Source: Verrucomicrobiia bacterium (GTDB lineage Bacteria; Methylomirabilota; Methylomirabilia; Rokubacteriales; CSP1-6). From it: a DNA stretch of 64,000 nucleotides. This document shows, one piece after another, positions 7,557 to 18,142 of this stretch. The stretch lies in the NCBI GenBank assembly GCA_035493135.1, contig DATJIR010000380.1, positions 4,501-68,500 of the forward strand, written 5' to 3'. The translations under genes were made by a program, and so were the position numbers. The notes under the pieces were generated by a model that was not told where the DNA came from, made no database searches, and saw nothing but the letters and a program-made list of their open reading frames with translations. Each line of letters starts with the position of its first letter. Within the stretch, counting starts at the first letter, position 1.

Positions 7557-8290
7557 TTCCGCTGATCGCGACCCAGGGGCTATCCAAGGACTACTCCCTC
7601 GGCGACCACACGGTGCACGCGCTGCAGGGGGTCTCGGTGGAGATCCGGGCGGGGGAGATGGTGGCGGTCATGGGCCCGTCCGGATCCGGGAAGTCGACGT
7701 TCATGACCATTCTGGGGTGCCTCGACACGCCGACGGCGGGGCGGTACCTGCTGGAAGGCCGCGACGTGTCGAGCCTCGAGGACGACGCGCTGTCGGCCAT
7801 CCGGCACCGGCGCATCGGCTTCGTGTTCCAGCAGTTCAACCTGCTCCCGCGCATCACGGCCCAGGCCAACGTGGAGATGCCGCTGCTCTACGGGGATGTC
7901 CCCGGGCGCGAGCGCCGGGAGCGGGCGCGGCGCAAGCTCGCGATGGTCGCGCTCGACGAGTGGGCCCAGCACCGGCCCGGGCAGCTCTCGGGAGGCCAGC
8001 AGCAGCGGGTCGCGATCGCGCGCGCCCTCGTCAACGATCCCATCCTGCTGCTGGCCGACGAGCCGACCGGCAACCTCGATACCCGTACCAGCGCCGAGAT
8101 CATGGCGGTGGTGCAGGACCTGCACCGGGCCGGTCTCACCATCGTGCTCGTGACGCACGAGCCCGACATCGCCCAGTTCGCGCAGCGCGTGCTGAGCTTC
8201 CGCGACGGCCAGCTGGTCGGCGACGAGCGGATCGAGCACCCCCGGAACGCCCGGGCCGGTCTCGCGGTGCCGGCGGGGCGGGCGGCGTGA
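7553..8290 (+). CDS. ABC transporter ATP-binding protein, MacB/LolD-type
   Basis: Walker A GPSGSGKST, Q-loop, signature LSGGQQQRVAIARAL, Walker B LLLADEPTGNLD and H-loop VTHE are all present. The N-terminus LIPLIATQGLSKDY aligns, from memory, residue for residue with E. coli MacB MTPLLELKDIRRSY. That puts the start at CTG 7553 inside a CTGA overlap. There is no in-frame ATG/GTG/TTG nearby. Confidence 0.85.
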   Translation: MIPLIATQGLSKDYSLGDHTVHALQGVSVEIRAGEMVAVMGPSGSGKSTFMTILGCLDTPTAGRYLLEGRDVSSLEDDALSAIRHRRIGFVFQQFNLLPRITAQANVEMPLLYGDVPGRERRERARRKLAMVALDEWAQHRPGQLSGGQQQRVAIARALVNDPILLLADEPTGNLDTRTSAEIMAVVQDLHRAGLTIVLVTHEPDIAQFAQRVLSFRDGQLVGDERIEHPRNARAGLAVPAGRAA

Positions 8291-9511
8291 AGATCGGCGC
8301 CACGCTCCAGATGGCGGAGGCCGCGCTCCGGAGCAACCGGCTCCGGACCGCCCTCACCGCGCTCGGGGTCATCATCGGGGTGGGGGCGGTGGTGACCATG
8401 ATGGCGGTCGGCGCGGGCGCGCAGATCCGCGTCGCCGAGCAGATCCGGAGCCTCGGCTCGAACCTGATCATCGTGATGTCGGGCTCCATCACCTCGGGCG
8501 GCGTCCGCCTCGGCTCGGGGAGCCTGCTCACGATCACCGAGGACGATGCGCGCGCGATCCAGCGCGACGTGCCGAGCGTCGAGGCCGCGGCACCCACGGT
8601 GCGGGGCGGCGTCCAGGCCGTGGTCGGCAACAGCAACTGGTCGACCGCGATGCAGGGCGTGACCCCGGAATACTTCCAGGCCCGCGACTGGGGCGTGACC
8701 ACCGGCCGGCTCCTCACCACGGAGGACGTCGACGCCGCGGGGAAGGTGATCCTGCTCGGGCAGACGGTGGCCGACAACCTCTTCGGGGGCAGCGACCCGC
8801 TCGACCAGACCGTGCGGATCAAGACAGTGCCGTTCACCGTCGTGGGCGTGCTGGCCCGCAAGGGGCAGAGCGCCCGGGGGGAGGACCAGGACGACACGGT
8901 GATCATCCCCATCTCGACCGCGAAGAAGAAGGTCCTGGGGGTGAGCCCCGCCAACGCCCGGTCGGTGGGCGGCATTCTCGTCAAGGTCGCCGATCCGGCC
9001 CGCATGGGGGAGGCCGAGCTGCAGATCCGCGAGCTGCTCCGGCAGCGGCATCACCTGCAGCCCCACCAGGACGACGACTTCGCGCTCCGCAACCTGGCCG
9101 AGGTCCTGGCCAGCCAGGAGGCGTCGTCCCGCGTCTTGAGCCTGCTCCTCGCGGCGGTGGCCGCGGTCTCGCTGGTGGTGGGCGGCATCGGCATCATGAA
9201 CATCATGCTGGTGTCGGTGACGGAGCGGACGCGGGAGATCGGCCTGCGCCGGGCGGTCGGTGCGCGGCGCCGGGACATCCTGGGCCAGTTCCTGATCGAG
9301 GCGGTGTTCGTGTCGCTGGCCGGGGGCCTGATCGGCATCGCGGTCGGGGTCGCCTCGTCCTACGTGATCGCCTACTTCTTCCAGTGGAGCGTGCTGGTCT
9401 CGTGGTCCGCGGTGCTGCCCGCGTTCCTCTTCGCCGCGGCGGTCGGGATCTTCTTCGGCTACTATCCGGCCCGCAAGGCGTCCCGGCTCAACCCGATCGA
9501 GGCGCTCCGCC

Positions 9512-9519
<8 letters not shown>
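8287..9519 (+). CDS. ABC transporter permease, MacB-type (MacB periplasmic domain + FtsX)
   Basis: GTG 8287 lies in a GTGA overlap. The N-terminal TM is LRTALTALGVIIGVGAVV. A large periplasmic domain follows, then C-terminal FtsX-like helices with ERTREIGLRRAVGARRRDI. Confidence 0.9.
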
Positions 9520-11922
<2,403 letters not shown>

Positions 11923-11926
<4 letters not shown>

Positions 11927-12120
11927 CGGCTTCGCTCGGGACCGTGACGTGGGCGCCGGGCCTCTCGCGGGTGGGGATCACGTACTCGCGCGAGGACCTG
12001 ACCTGCTGGCTCCGGGACACGCCGCCGCGCGAGGCGGTGGAGCACATGCCGAGGATCCCTCTGGCCGAGCCGGAGCTGGAGGCGCCGACCGCCTATCTGA
12101 TCTCGCTCCACGAGTTCTAG
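11923..12120 (+). CDS. cytochrome c-like C-terminal remnant without a CXXCH haem site (65 aa; possibly a gene relic)
   Basis: GTG 11923 lies in a GTGA overlap with the ppsA stop. ...LSRVGITYSREDLTCWLRDTPPREAVEHMPRIPLAEPELEAPTAYLISL aligns with ...LSRIGAKHDEAYLGAWLRDPSQQKPRQHMPKLKLTEAEVKALAAYLGSL of the cytochrome c at 27047-27352. No CXXCH occurs in this frame. Confidence 0.5.
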
Positions 12121-13979
12121 GAGCCGATCAGCCTCCGCACGAGCTCGGGGCCGTTCTGCCACATCACGAGCAGCACGCCCATGAGGCTCTCCCCCGCGAT
12201 CCAGCCCGAGGCCACCGGGAAGGTGAGCTCCTCCGACCGCCGGGGATGCCTCCTCTCCACCCACCGGCCGAGCGCGCCGCCCAGGAAGAAGAGCAGCCCG
12301 TAGTGCCAGTGGAAGGTCCACGCCAGGCCGAACCCGGCCGGTGACGGGAAGAGGTGCCGGCGCGCGGGGAACATCGCGGGCAGCACGGACAGGACGACGC
12401 CGACGAGGGCCCCGGCCGCGATGGACCAGGTCTTGACCGGGCCGAGCGCGAGGACGCCCTGGGACAGCGCGAGTGCCACCGCGCGCCACGCCTGGGCCGC
12501 GGGCGCCGGGAACTGGTCTCCGCCCAGCGCGCTCGCGTCCGGCACGAGCAGCCGGAACGACAGCACGCTCACGAGCGTCCCGACGAAGATGCCGGCGAAC
12601 TGGGCCACGAACTGCCGGCGGGGGTGGGCCCCAAGGAGATAGCCGCTCTTCAGGTCGGTGAGGAGGTCGGCGCTGCTGCTCGCGGCCGCCGCGGTGACCG
12701 CGGCGCTCATCAGGTTCACGTTCATGTTGCCGGGGCTCACCGCGCCGAAGAGGAGCTGGGTGATCTTGCCCATGGCGCCCACCGGCGTGGTGTCGGTCTC
12801 CCCGGTGACGCGGCACGCGACGAGCGCCAGCACGAACGAGAGCAGCACCGCGGCCGCGGTCTGCCAGTACGGCATCCCGAAGGTGACGTGGCCGAGCCAG
12901 GCGAGGCCGACGAAGCCCACGACCTGGCCCCACAGGAACCAGGCGGCGGGGGTCTCGATCGCGGCGAGGGGATCGTCCGCGGCACGCCCGCGGCCACTGA
13001 ACATCGCGCCCAGATCGGCAAAGGCGCGGCGCGCCGTCCGCCACTGCATCGCGAAGGTGACGAGGCTCGAGGTGACCATGCACGCCACGCCGCCCCAGAG
13101 CGTCCACTGCACGAGTGTGCCGTAGCCCGAGCCCTCGATCACGCCCTGGTGCTGCAGGATGGGCACGAAGATCATCCACGCCCCGACGCTGCCGAGCAGT
13201 ATGCTCCAGCCCACGTGCCAGCCGGTGATCGCGCCGGCCGCGACGAACATGGGCTCCCACGAGAGCATCACGGTCCGCCCGATCCAGGCGGGACCGAGGA
13301 GGCGCTCGTTGGCCGCCGTGATCCAGGAGCCGATCATGAAGGGGGCGAGCGTCGGGCTCACCAGCGCGAGCCCTTCCGCCCAGAGCTTCCCGAGGACCGC
13401 GGCGAGCCCGGCCCAGCCGAGGGCCCGCGCCGAGCGCGCCCCGCGGTCCCCGACCGAGTGGAGCGCCCGGAGGGTCTCGGCCGCCGCGATGCCGCTCGGG
13501 AAGCGGAGCTGCTCGATGTTGATCATCTGGCGCTTCATGGGGATGGCCATGGTCACGCCGAGCACCGAGAGGAAGAAGATCCACGCGAGCATCGCCGGGA
13601 GCGACAGCGCGCGGTCGTTGATCAGCATGTACGCCGCGAAGGCGGAGATGAGCGTGCCGCCGGTGGAGTAGCCGGCCGCGCTCGCGGTGGACTGCATGCA
13701 GTTGTTCTCGAGGATGGTCATCGGGGTGCGCGCGAGCCCCAGGCGGTGCACCACGCTCCAGATCGCGTACGAGAGGATGGAGGCGGTGATGGCGACCCCG
13801 AAGCCCCAGCCCGCCTTGAGCCCGATGTAGAGATTGGTGAGGGAGAGCAGCCCGCCCAGCACCGAGCCCATGGCCACCGCGCGCCACGTGAGCTGGGGCA
13901 GCCGGTCGCCGCGGCCGCGGTAGACCTGCTCGTACCACTGCCGCTCGATCTCCTCGGCGCTGCCCTGGAACCCGCGCAC
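12117..13979 (-). CDS. OPT-family oligopeptide transporter
   Basis: A polytopic membrane protein with LTNLYIGLKAGWGFGVAITASIL and TGETDTTPVGAMGKITQL, typical of the OPT family. First in-frame start is GTG 13979. The ORF extension to 14621 is a shadow of the neighbouring gene. Confidence 0.85.
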   Translation of the reverse strand: MRGFQGSAEEIERQWYEQVYRGRGDRLPQLTWRAVAMGSVLGGLLSLTNLYIGLKAGWGFGVAITASILSYAIWSVVHRLGLARTPMTILENNCMQSTASAAGYSTGGTLISAFAAYMLINDRALSLPAMLAWIFFLSVLGVTMAIPMKRQMINIEQLRFPSGIAAAETLRALHSVGDRGARSARALGWAGLAAVLGKLWAEGLALVSPTLAPFMIGSWITAANERLLGPAWIGRTVMLSWEPMFVAAGAITGWHVGWSILLGSVGAWMIFVPILQHQGVIEGSGYGTLVQWTLWGGVACMVTSSLVTFAMQWRTARRAFADLGAMFSGRGRAADDPLAAIETPAAWFLWGQVVGFVGLAWLGHVTFGMPYWQTAAAVLLSFVLALVACRVTGETDTTPVGAMGKITQLLFGAVSPGNMNVNLMSAAVTAAAASSSADLLTDLKSGYLLGAHPRRQFVAQFAGIFVGTLVSVLSFRLLVPDASALGGDQFPAPAAQAWRAVALALSQGVLALGPVKTWSIAAGALVGVVLSVLPAMFPARRHLFPSPAGFGLAWTFHWHYGLLFFLGGALGRWVERRHPRRSEELTFPVASGWIAGESLMGVLLVMWQNGPELVRRLIGS

Positions 13980-14017
13980 CGGGAGCGCGTCCGGCTCGGC
14001 CGCGGAGGGCGGGTGGC

Positions 14018-14929
14018 TCAGAAGCGCGACCAGGTGGGATCGGGATCGAAGAGGGTGAGCCCGCGCGCGGCCGCGGCGGTGCCCGGGCCCAGATCCTTCT
14101 GGTAGACGACCCCGTCGTGGCTGACGATGAAGGTCATCACGCCGGAGGCGCCGTACTCGGCCGGATAGGCGACCAGCGCGAAGCCGCCGATCATGTTGCC
14201 GCGCACGACGTAGTCGTACGCTCCGCCCGGCGCGTGCGGTCCCTGGGCCTTCACGATGCGGTAATAGTACCCCCAGTAGGGAATGCGCCCACCGCTCGGG
14301 CGCTTCGCCGGATAGCCTTCCGCCTCCGCGCGGGCGACCAGCGCTCCCAGCGGGCTCGCCGGCTCGTCGGGAGGCGTATCCCAGTAGAGCCCGTCGCGCT
14401 TGCCGGGCGTGCTGCGGAACCGCTGCGCGTACTGCAGCAGGGCGTCTCCGTCGGGGTCGCGCACGTAGTACTCGCGCTGGGCGTCGACGTAGGCCAGGCA
14501 GACCTGCACCGCGTTGAGCTCGTTCCGCCCGATGCGCCGGTTGAGGATCTCTTCCCGCCCCCGGGAGGTGTCGAACCACCAGCCCCCGGCGTCCTGGACG
14601 AGCGGGATCGGCATGGGCCACTCGTCCCGGCCGACGGTGAGGACGAGCCGCCCCGGGGCGACCTCGGCGAGCCGATGGGCGTCGTCGTAGGCGCGGACGA
14701 AGCGCTCCCGGCTCTGTCGATCGGCCACGTCGTCACCCGACGCGACGAGCGCCCGGGCGTCCGGCCCGAGCACGCGCAGCAGGGTCGCGGTGTCGCCCGC
14801 CCGCGCCGCCTGGACGAGAGCCGTGACGGCGGCCTCCGGGGACAGAAACCGGGTGAGCGTGGCCGACGCGGCGCTCGAGCCCGCTGCCATCAGGAGCACC
14901 ACCGCCAGCGCGATCCGCGCCAGGATCAT
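14018..14929 (-). CDS. DUF2950-family secreted protein
   Basis: The signal peptide is MILARIALAVVLLMAAGSSAAS. ...GGFALVAYPAEYGASGVMTFIVSHDGVVYQKDLG is the DUF2950 hallmark. ATG 14929 has GGAGG upstream and an ATGA overlap with the upstream gene. Confidence 0.8.
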   Translation of the reverse strand: MILARIALAVVLLMAAGSSAASATLTRFLSPEAAVTALVQAARAGDTATLLRVLGPDARALVASGDDVADRQSRERFVRAYDDAHRLAEVAPGRLVLTVGRDEWPMPIPLVQDAGGWWFDTSRGREEILNRRIGRNELNAVQVCLAYVDAQREYYVRDPDGDALLQYAQRFRSTPGKRDGLYWDTPPDEPASPLGALVARAEAEGYPAKRPSGGRIPYWGYYYRIVKAQGPHAPGGAYDYVVRGNMIGGFALVAYPAEYGASGVMTFIVSHDGVVYQKDLGPGTAAAARGLTLFDPDPTWSRF

Positions 14930-16221
14930 CGCCGACCTCCGCCGCCCGGCGCCGCGCCGTGGCTCGGGCCCGACGGGCCAGGTCGAGACGGGGCCGGTCG
15001 AGATGGGGCTGGTCGCGACGGGCCCGGCGGAGCGGGCCTCGGCGATGGGCCGATGCTTCGACGGCTCTCGCGGCCACGATCGCTGTAGGTTCGCGTGTCC
15101 GGGCCGCGCCCGAGGCCCTGGAAGGCGCCGGGCTCGCGCGGTGTGACCCCGGGGCCGATCGGGCGACTCGGCGCGGCGGCCCCCGGGCCTCGCTCCGGCC
15201 TCGGTATGGGGCCGGGGCGGACGTCGGCGCCCGGCGCGCGTCCGGGCAGGGGACCGGGTCTGATCTCGGCGCCGGGCGCGCGCCCGAGCGGCGGCCGTCC
15301 CGCGTCCTCCCGCCCCCGGAACATCTCCCGGGCCACCGGGTCCGGCGCCACCGGCCGGCCGAACACGCGCTGCAGGCTCTCGGTGCGATACAGGACGCCG
15401 CGCCGGTGCTCGGGGCTGTGCTCCCACGACAGGCGCTCGCCACCGGGGATCAGCCGCCCGCGGATCAGCTCGCCGCGATCCCGGTCGACGTTGACGACGC
15501 GCGAGAAGCGCTGGTAGCGGCCGACGTCGAGGTCGAGGCGATGGTGATGCCAGTCGGCGCGTCCCCAGAGCGCCATGCCCACCACGATGCCGACGCCGAA
15601 GGTGAAGAAGCCGCCCACGAACCATCCCGGCGGGTAGTAGTAGTACGGCGGATACGCCGGATACGGCCACGGGCCGTAGACGGCCATCGGATCGTAGGTC
15701 GGCACGTAGACCACGCCGGGCTCGGCCGGCTCGATGCCGATGACCGGCGGCCCCTCGACCGGCGCGGGCTCCACCGTGACCACCTGCTGCGGCGTGGTGG
15801 CGAGCGTGCCCTCGGCCTGGGCCCGCGCGCGGAGGCGCTGGATCGCCTCCATCAGCTCCTCGCGCTGCCCCAGGGACGCGTCGCCCAGCTTCTGGGTCCA
15901 CGCGAGCTGCTCGTTCATCATGCCGAGGACCTGGGGGAACGAGACGAGCGACTTCACGCTGTCGTCCCAGTTCTGGGCGGTGAGCGCCTCGTTCAGAGCC
16001 GGGCCGGCGAGGCCGGGATTGGCCTGGACAAATCGCGCGGCCATGACCACCTCGAGCGGATAGGTGGCCGCCATCAGCACCTGCGCCAGGAGCGGGTCGG
16101 GATAGAGCGCGATCGGCGCGGCGATCTGCTCCAGCTCCTCCGGAGCGAAGGACCGGGGCGCGACCAGCGGCTGGGCGAGCAGCGGAAGCGGCGCGGCGAG
16201 TGCCAGGGCCAGCAGGCCCAC
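14926..16221 (-). CDS. DUF3300-family protein with Pro/Arg-rich repetitive C-terminal tail
   Basis: EELEQIAAPIALYPDPLLAQVLMAATYPLEVVMAARF is the DUF3300 signature. It also has a Y/P-rich membrane-proximal segment and the tail ...RPAPPGPSRPAPSRPAPSRPGPSGPS. GTG start at 16221 (the signal peptide lacks basic residues, so the start is uncertain). Confidence 0.8.
   Translation of the reverse strand: MGLLALALAAPLPLLAQPLVAPRSFAPEELEQIAAPIALYPDPLLAQVLMAATYPLEVVMAARFVQANPGLAGPALNEALTAQNWDDSVKSLVSFPQVLGMMNEQLAWTQKLGDASLGQREELMEAIQRLRARAQAEGTLATTPQQVVTVEPAPVEGPPVIGIEPAEPGVVYVPTYDPMAVYGPWPYPAYPPYYYYPPGWFVGGFFTFGVGIVVGMALWGRADWHHHRLDLDVGRYQRFSRVVNVDRDRGELIRGRLIPGGERLSWEHSPEHRRGVLYRTESLQRVFGRPVAPDPVAREMFRGREDAGRPPLGRAPGAEIRPGPLPGRAPGADVRPGPIPRPERGPGAAAPSRPIGPGVTPREPGAFQGLGRGPDTRTYSDRGRESRRSIGPSPRPAPPGPSRPAPSRPAPSRPGPSGPSHGAAPGGGGRR
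14981..15025. repeat. 3 x 15-bp in-frame tandem repeat (ggtcgagacggggcc-like) encoding (SRPAP)n
   Basis: Read directly from the sequence: ggtcgagacggggcc / ggtcgagatggggct / ggtcgcgacgggccc. A degenerate copy lies just upstream. Confidence 0.8.
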
Positions 16222-16293
16222 GAGGGCGTTCCGCAGAGCGTGCCGCCGCCCGCCGCGTTCGCCTCGATGTCTCGTCGTCGCCTCCGATGGGCG

Positions 16294-17400
16294 TCAGGGC
16301 CGACGGTAGCCCATCGCTTCGCGCACGCGGGCGGTCGCCATCCGGACGGCAGCGTGCCGGGGTGACACGCGGTCGGCGCGCGCCCGCTCGAGGGTCTCGC
16401 GGGTGTTGGCGCGGATGCGCTCCTCGATGACGGCCAGGGCCTGGGTCTCCGTGCCGCCGTGGTACTCGATGGCCGCGCAGATGACTCCGCCCGCGTTGGC
16501 GATGAAGTCGGGGATGCTCAGGATGCCGTGGACGTGCATCCACTCCTCGGCCGGCCCGGTGGCCGGGATGTTCGCGCCCTGGATCACCAGCCGGGCCTGG
16601 AGGTGCTTCACGTTGTCGGCGGTGAGCGTGTCCGGCCGGGCGGCGGGAATCCAGATGTCGCACGGGACGCCGATCAGCGCTTCGCGGCCGATGGCCTGGC
16701 CGCCCGCGAAGCCGGACAGCGGCCGTCCCGCCCGCTTGTGGGCGATCAGGGCGTCGATGGGGAGCCCGGCGGGCTCGTAGGTGGCGCCGCGACTGTCGGA
16801 GGCAGCGACCAGCCGGGCGCCGCGGGCGGCGAGGAAGCGCGCCGCGTGCTGGCCCACCGCGCCGAATCCCTCGACGGCCACGCGCGCGCCGGCGAGGGAG
16901 ATCCCGGCCTCCGGCGCCGCGACCTCCGCCGCGACGGCCACGCCCAGGCCGGTGGCTCCGATCTCGTCGAGGGGGATGCCGCCGATCACCCGCGGCAGGC
17001 CGACCGCCCGGTCGATCTCGTCCTCGACCCACGCCATGCAATGCTCGTCGGTGCCCATGTCGGGACCCGGGATGTATTCCGTGAGGGAGCGGATCGCCCG
17101 CGCGAACGTCCGGACGCGGCGCTCCTTGTCCGCGGGATCGGCGGCGGGATCGGCGACGATGCCGGCCTTGCCGCCGCCGTGGGCCAGGCCGGCGGCCGCG
17201 TTCTTCATGGTCATGGCCCGCGCGAGCCGCGCCACCTCCACGAGCGTCACGTCCGGGGCCATGCGCACCCCGCCGATGGCGGGGCCGCAGGCCTCGTTGT
17301 CGACGACGACGATGGCCTCGAGCCCGACCCGCGGATCGCGGATCAGGACGACCTTGGTCGGGCCAAGCTCGTCGCCGCCGCCGGGTGCGAGGAGGTCCAT
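16294..17400 (-). CDS. Glu/Leu/Phe/Val dehydrogenase family protein
   Basis: GPAIGGVRMAP and MTMKNAAAGLAHGGGKAGI form the catalytic Lys region. The Rossmann motif is VAVEGFGAVGQH. ATG 17400 lies just after the pal stop. Confidence 0.9.
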   Translation of the reverse strand: MDLLAPGGGDELGPTKVVLIRDPRVGLEAIVVVDNEACGPAIGGVRMAPDVTLVEVARLARAMTMKNAAAGLAHGGGKAGIVADPAADPADKERRVRTFARAIRSLTEYIPGPDMGTDEHCMAWVEDEIDRAVGLPRVIGGIPLDEIGATGLGVAVAAEVAAPEAGISLAGARVAVEGFGAVGQHAARFLAARGARLVAASDSRGATYEPAGLPIDALIAHKRAGRPLSGFAGGQAIGREALIGVPCDIWIPAARPDTLTADNVKHLQARLVIQGANIPATGPAEEWMHVHGILSIPDFIANAGGVICAAIEYHGGTETQALAVIEERIRANTRETLERARADRVSPRHAAVRMATARVREAMGYRRP

Positions 17401-17407
17401 CGCGGGC

Positions 17408-17947
17408 TCAGAGCAGCTTGACCAGGAAGTGGGCCCGGCGATTCTTCGCCCAGCAGCTCTCGTCATGCTCGGTGCAGATCGGTCGCTCCTTGCCGTAGGA
17501 GATCGCGACCATGCGCGCCGCCGGCACGCCGTGGGCCATCAGATAGGTCATGGCGGCGCGAGCGCGCAGATCCCCGAGGCCCAGGTTGTACTCGCTGGTC
17601 CCGCGCTCGTCGGCGTGCCCCTCGATCAGGACCAGCGCGTTCGGCGTAGCCCGGAGCCACGCCGCGTTCTCGTCGAGCACGCGCGTGTCCTCGGCCCGGA
17701 CCTCGTGGGCGTCGAAGGCGAAGTAGATGTCCCCCAGCCGCGCGGCGGGGACGAACTCCTGCGGCGGCGGCGGTGAGCCCGTGGGAGTCAGGACGCCGTC
17801 GTCCGGGGGCTCGGTGGCGACCGCCACGGTCGAGGCCTCGGTCGGAGATGCCGAGAGATCGGCCTGACCGCTCGTCGCCGCTCGACAGCCGACCGCGGAG
17901 ACCAGGAGAACCACCAGCGCGAGGATCCGTATCGTGCTCATGCCCAT
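17408..17947 (-). CDS. pal: peptidoglycan-associated lipoprotein (OmpA-like domain)
   Basis: The lipoprotein signal is M(GM)STIRILALVVLLVSAVGC. The OmpA-C motifs are IEGHADERGTSEYNLGLGDLRARA and the end ...NRRAHFLV. Start at ATG 17947 or 17941. Confidence 0.85.
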   Translation of the reverse strand: MGMSTIRILALVVLLVSAVGCRAATSGQADLSASPTEASTVAVATEPPDDGVLTPTGSPPPPQEFVPAARLGDIYFAFDAHEVRAEDTRVLDENAAWLRATPNALVLIEGHADERGTSEYNLGLGDLRARAAMTYLMAHGVPAARMVAISYGKERPICTEHDESCWAKNRRAHFLVKLL

Positions 17948-17953
17948 CGGTCG

Positions 17954-17969
17954 TGCAAGCGGGGTGCCC
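17954..17969 (-). promoter_or_regulatory. possible sigma-54-like element (GGGCACcccgcTTGCA on the minus strand)
   Basis: One mismatch, but the -12 C is only 8-14 nt from the pal start codons. That implies an almost leaderless mRNA, so confidence is low. Confidence 0.25.
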
Positions 17970-18112
17970 GGCCCCCAAGCGCGCGCCGAATCGACGATCC
18001 GAGCCTTGCGGTGGGCTGCCCACGACCGGAATTCCCACGACAGTGGGGCAGGGGTGACCCGCCCCGGTCGGGCCAGGAACACCAACTACGGGGGCTTCCG
18101 GTCCGGCCGGCG

Positions 18113-18128
18113 TGGCACTAGGATTGCT
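18113..18128 (+). promoter_or_regulatory. sigma-54 promoter motif (TGGCACtaggaTTGCT)
   Basis: A perfect TGGCAC-N5-TTGC. The -12 C is only 16 nt upstream of GTG 18143, which is an unusually short leader. Confidence 0.55.
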
Positions 18129-18142
18129 CCGGTACCGCTCAC

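Noticed and set aside
14930-17041. The upstream 700 codons of the 1007-aa minus-strand ORF that ends as DUF2950
   Set aside because: Only the last 303 codons (from ATG 14929, with SD and signal peptide) look like protein. The rest is R/P/G-rich and overlaps DUF3300 and the dehydrogenase, which have real motifs in other frames.
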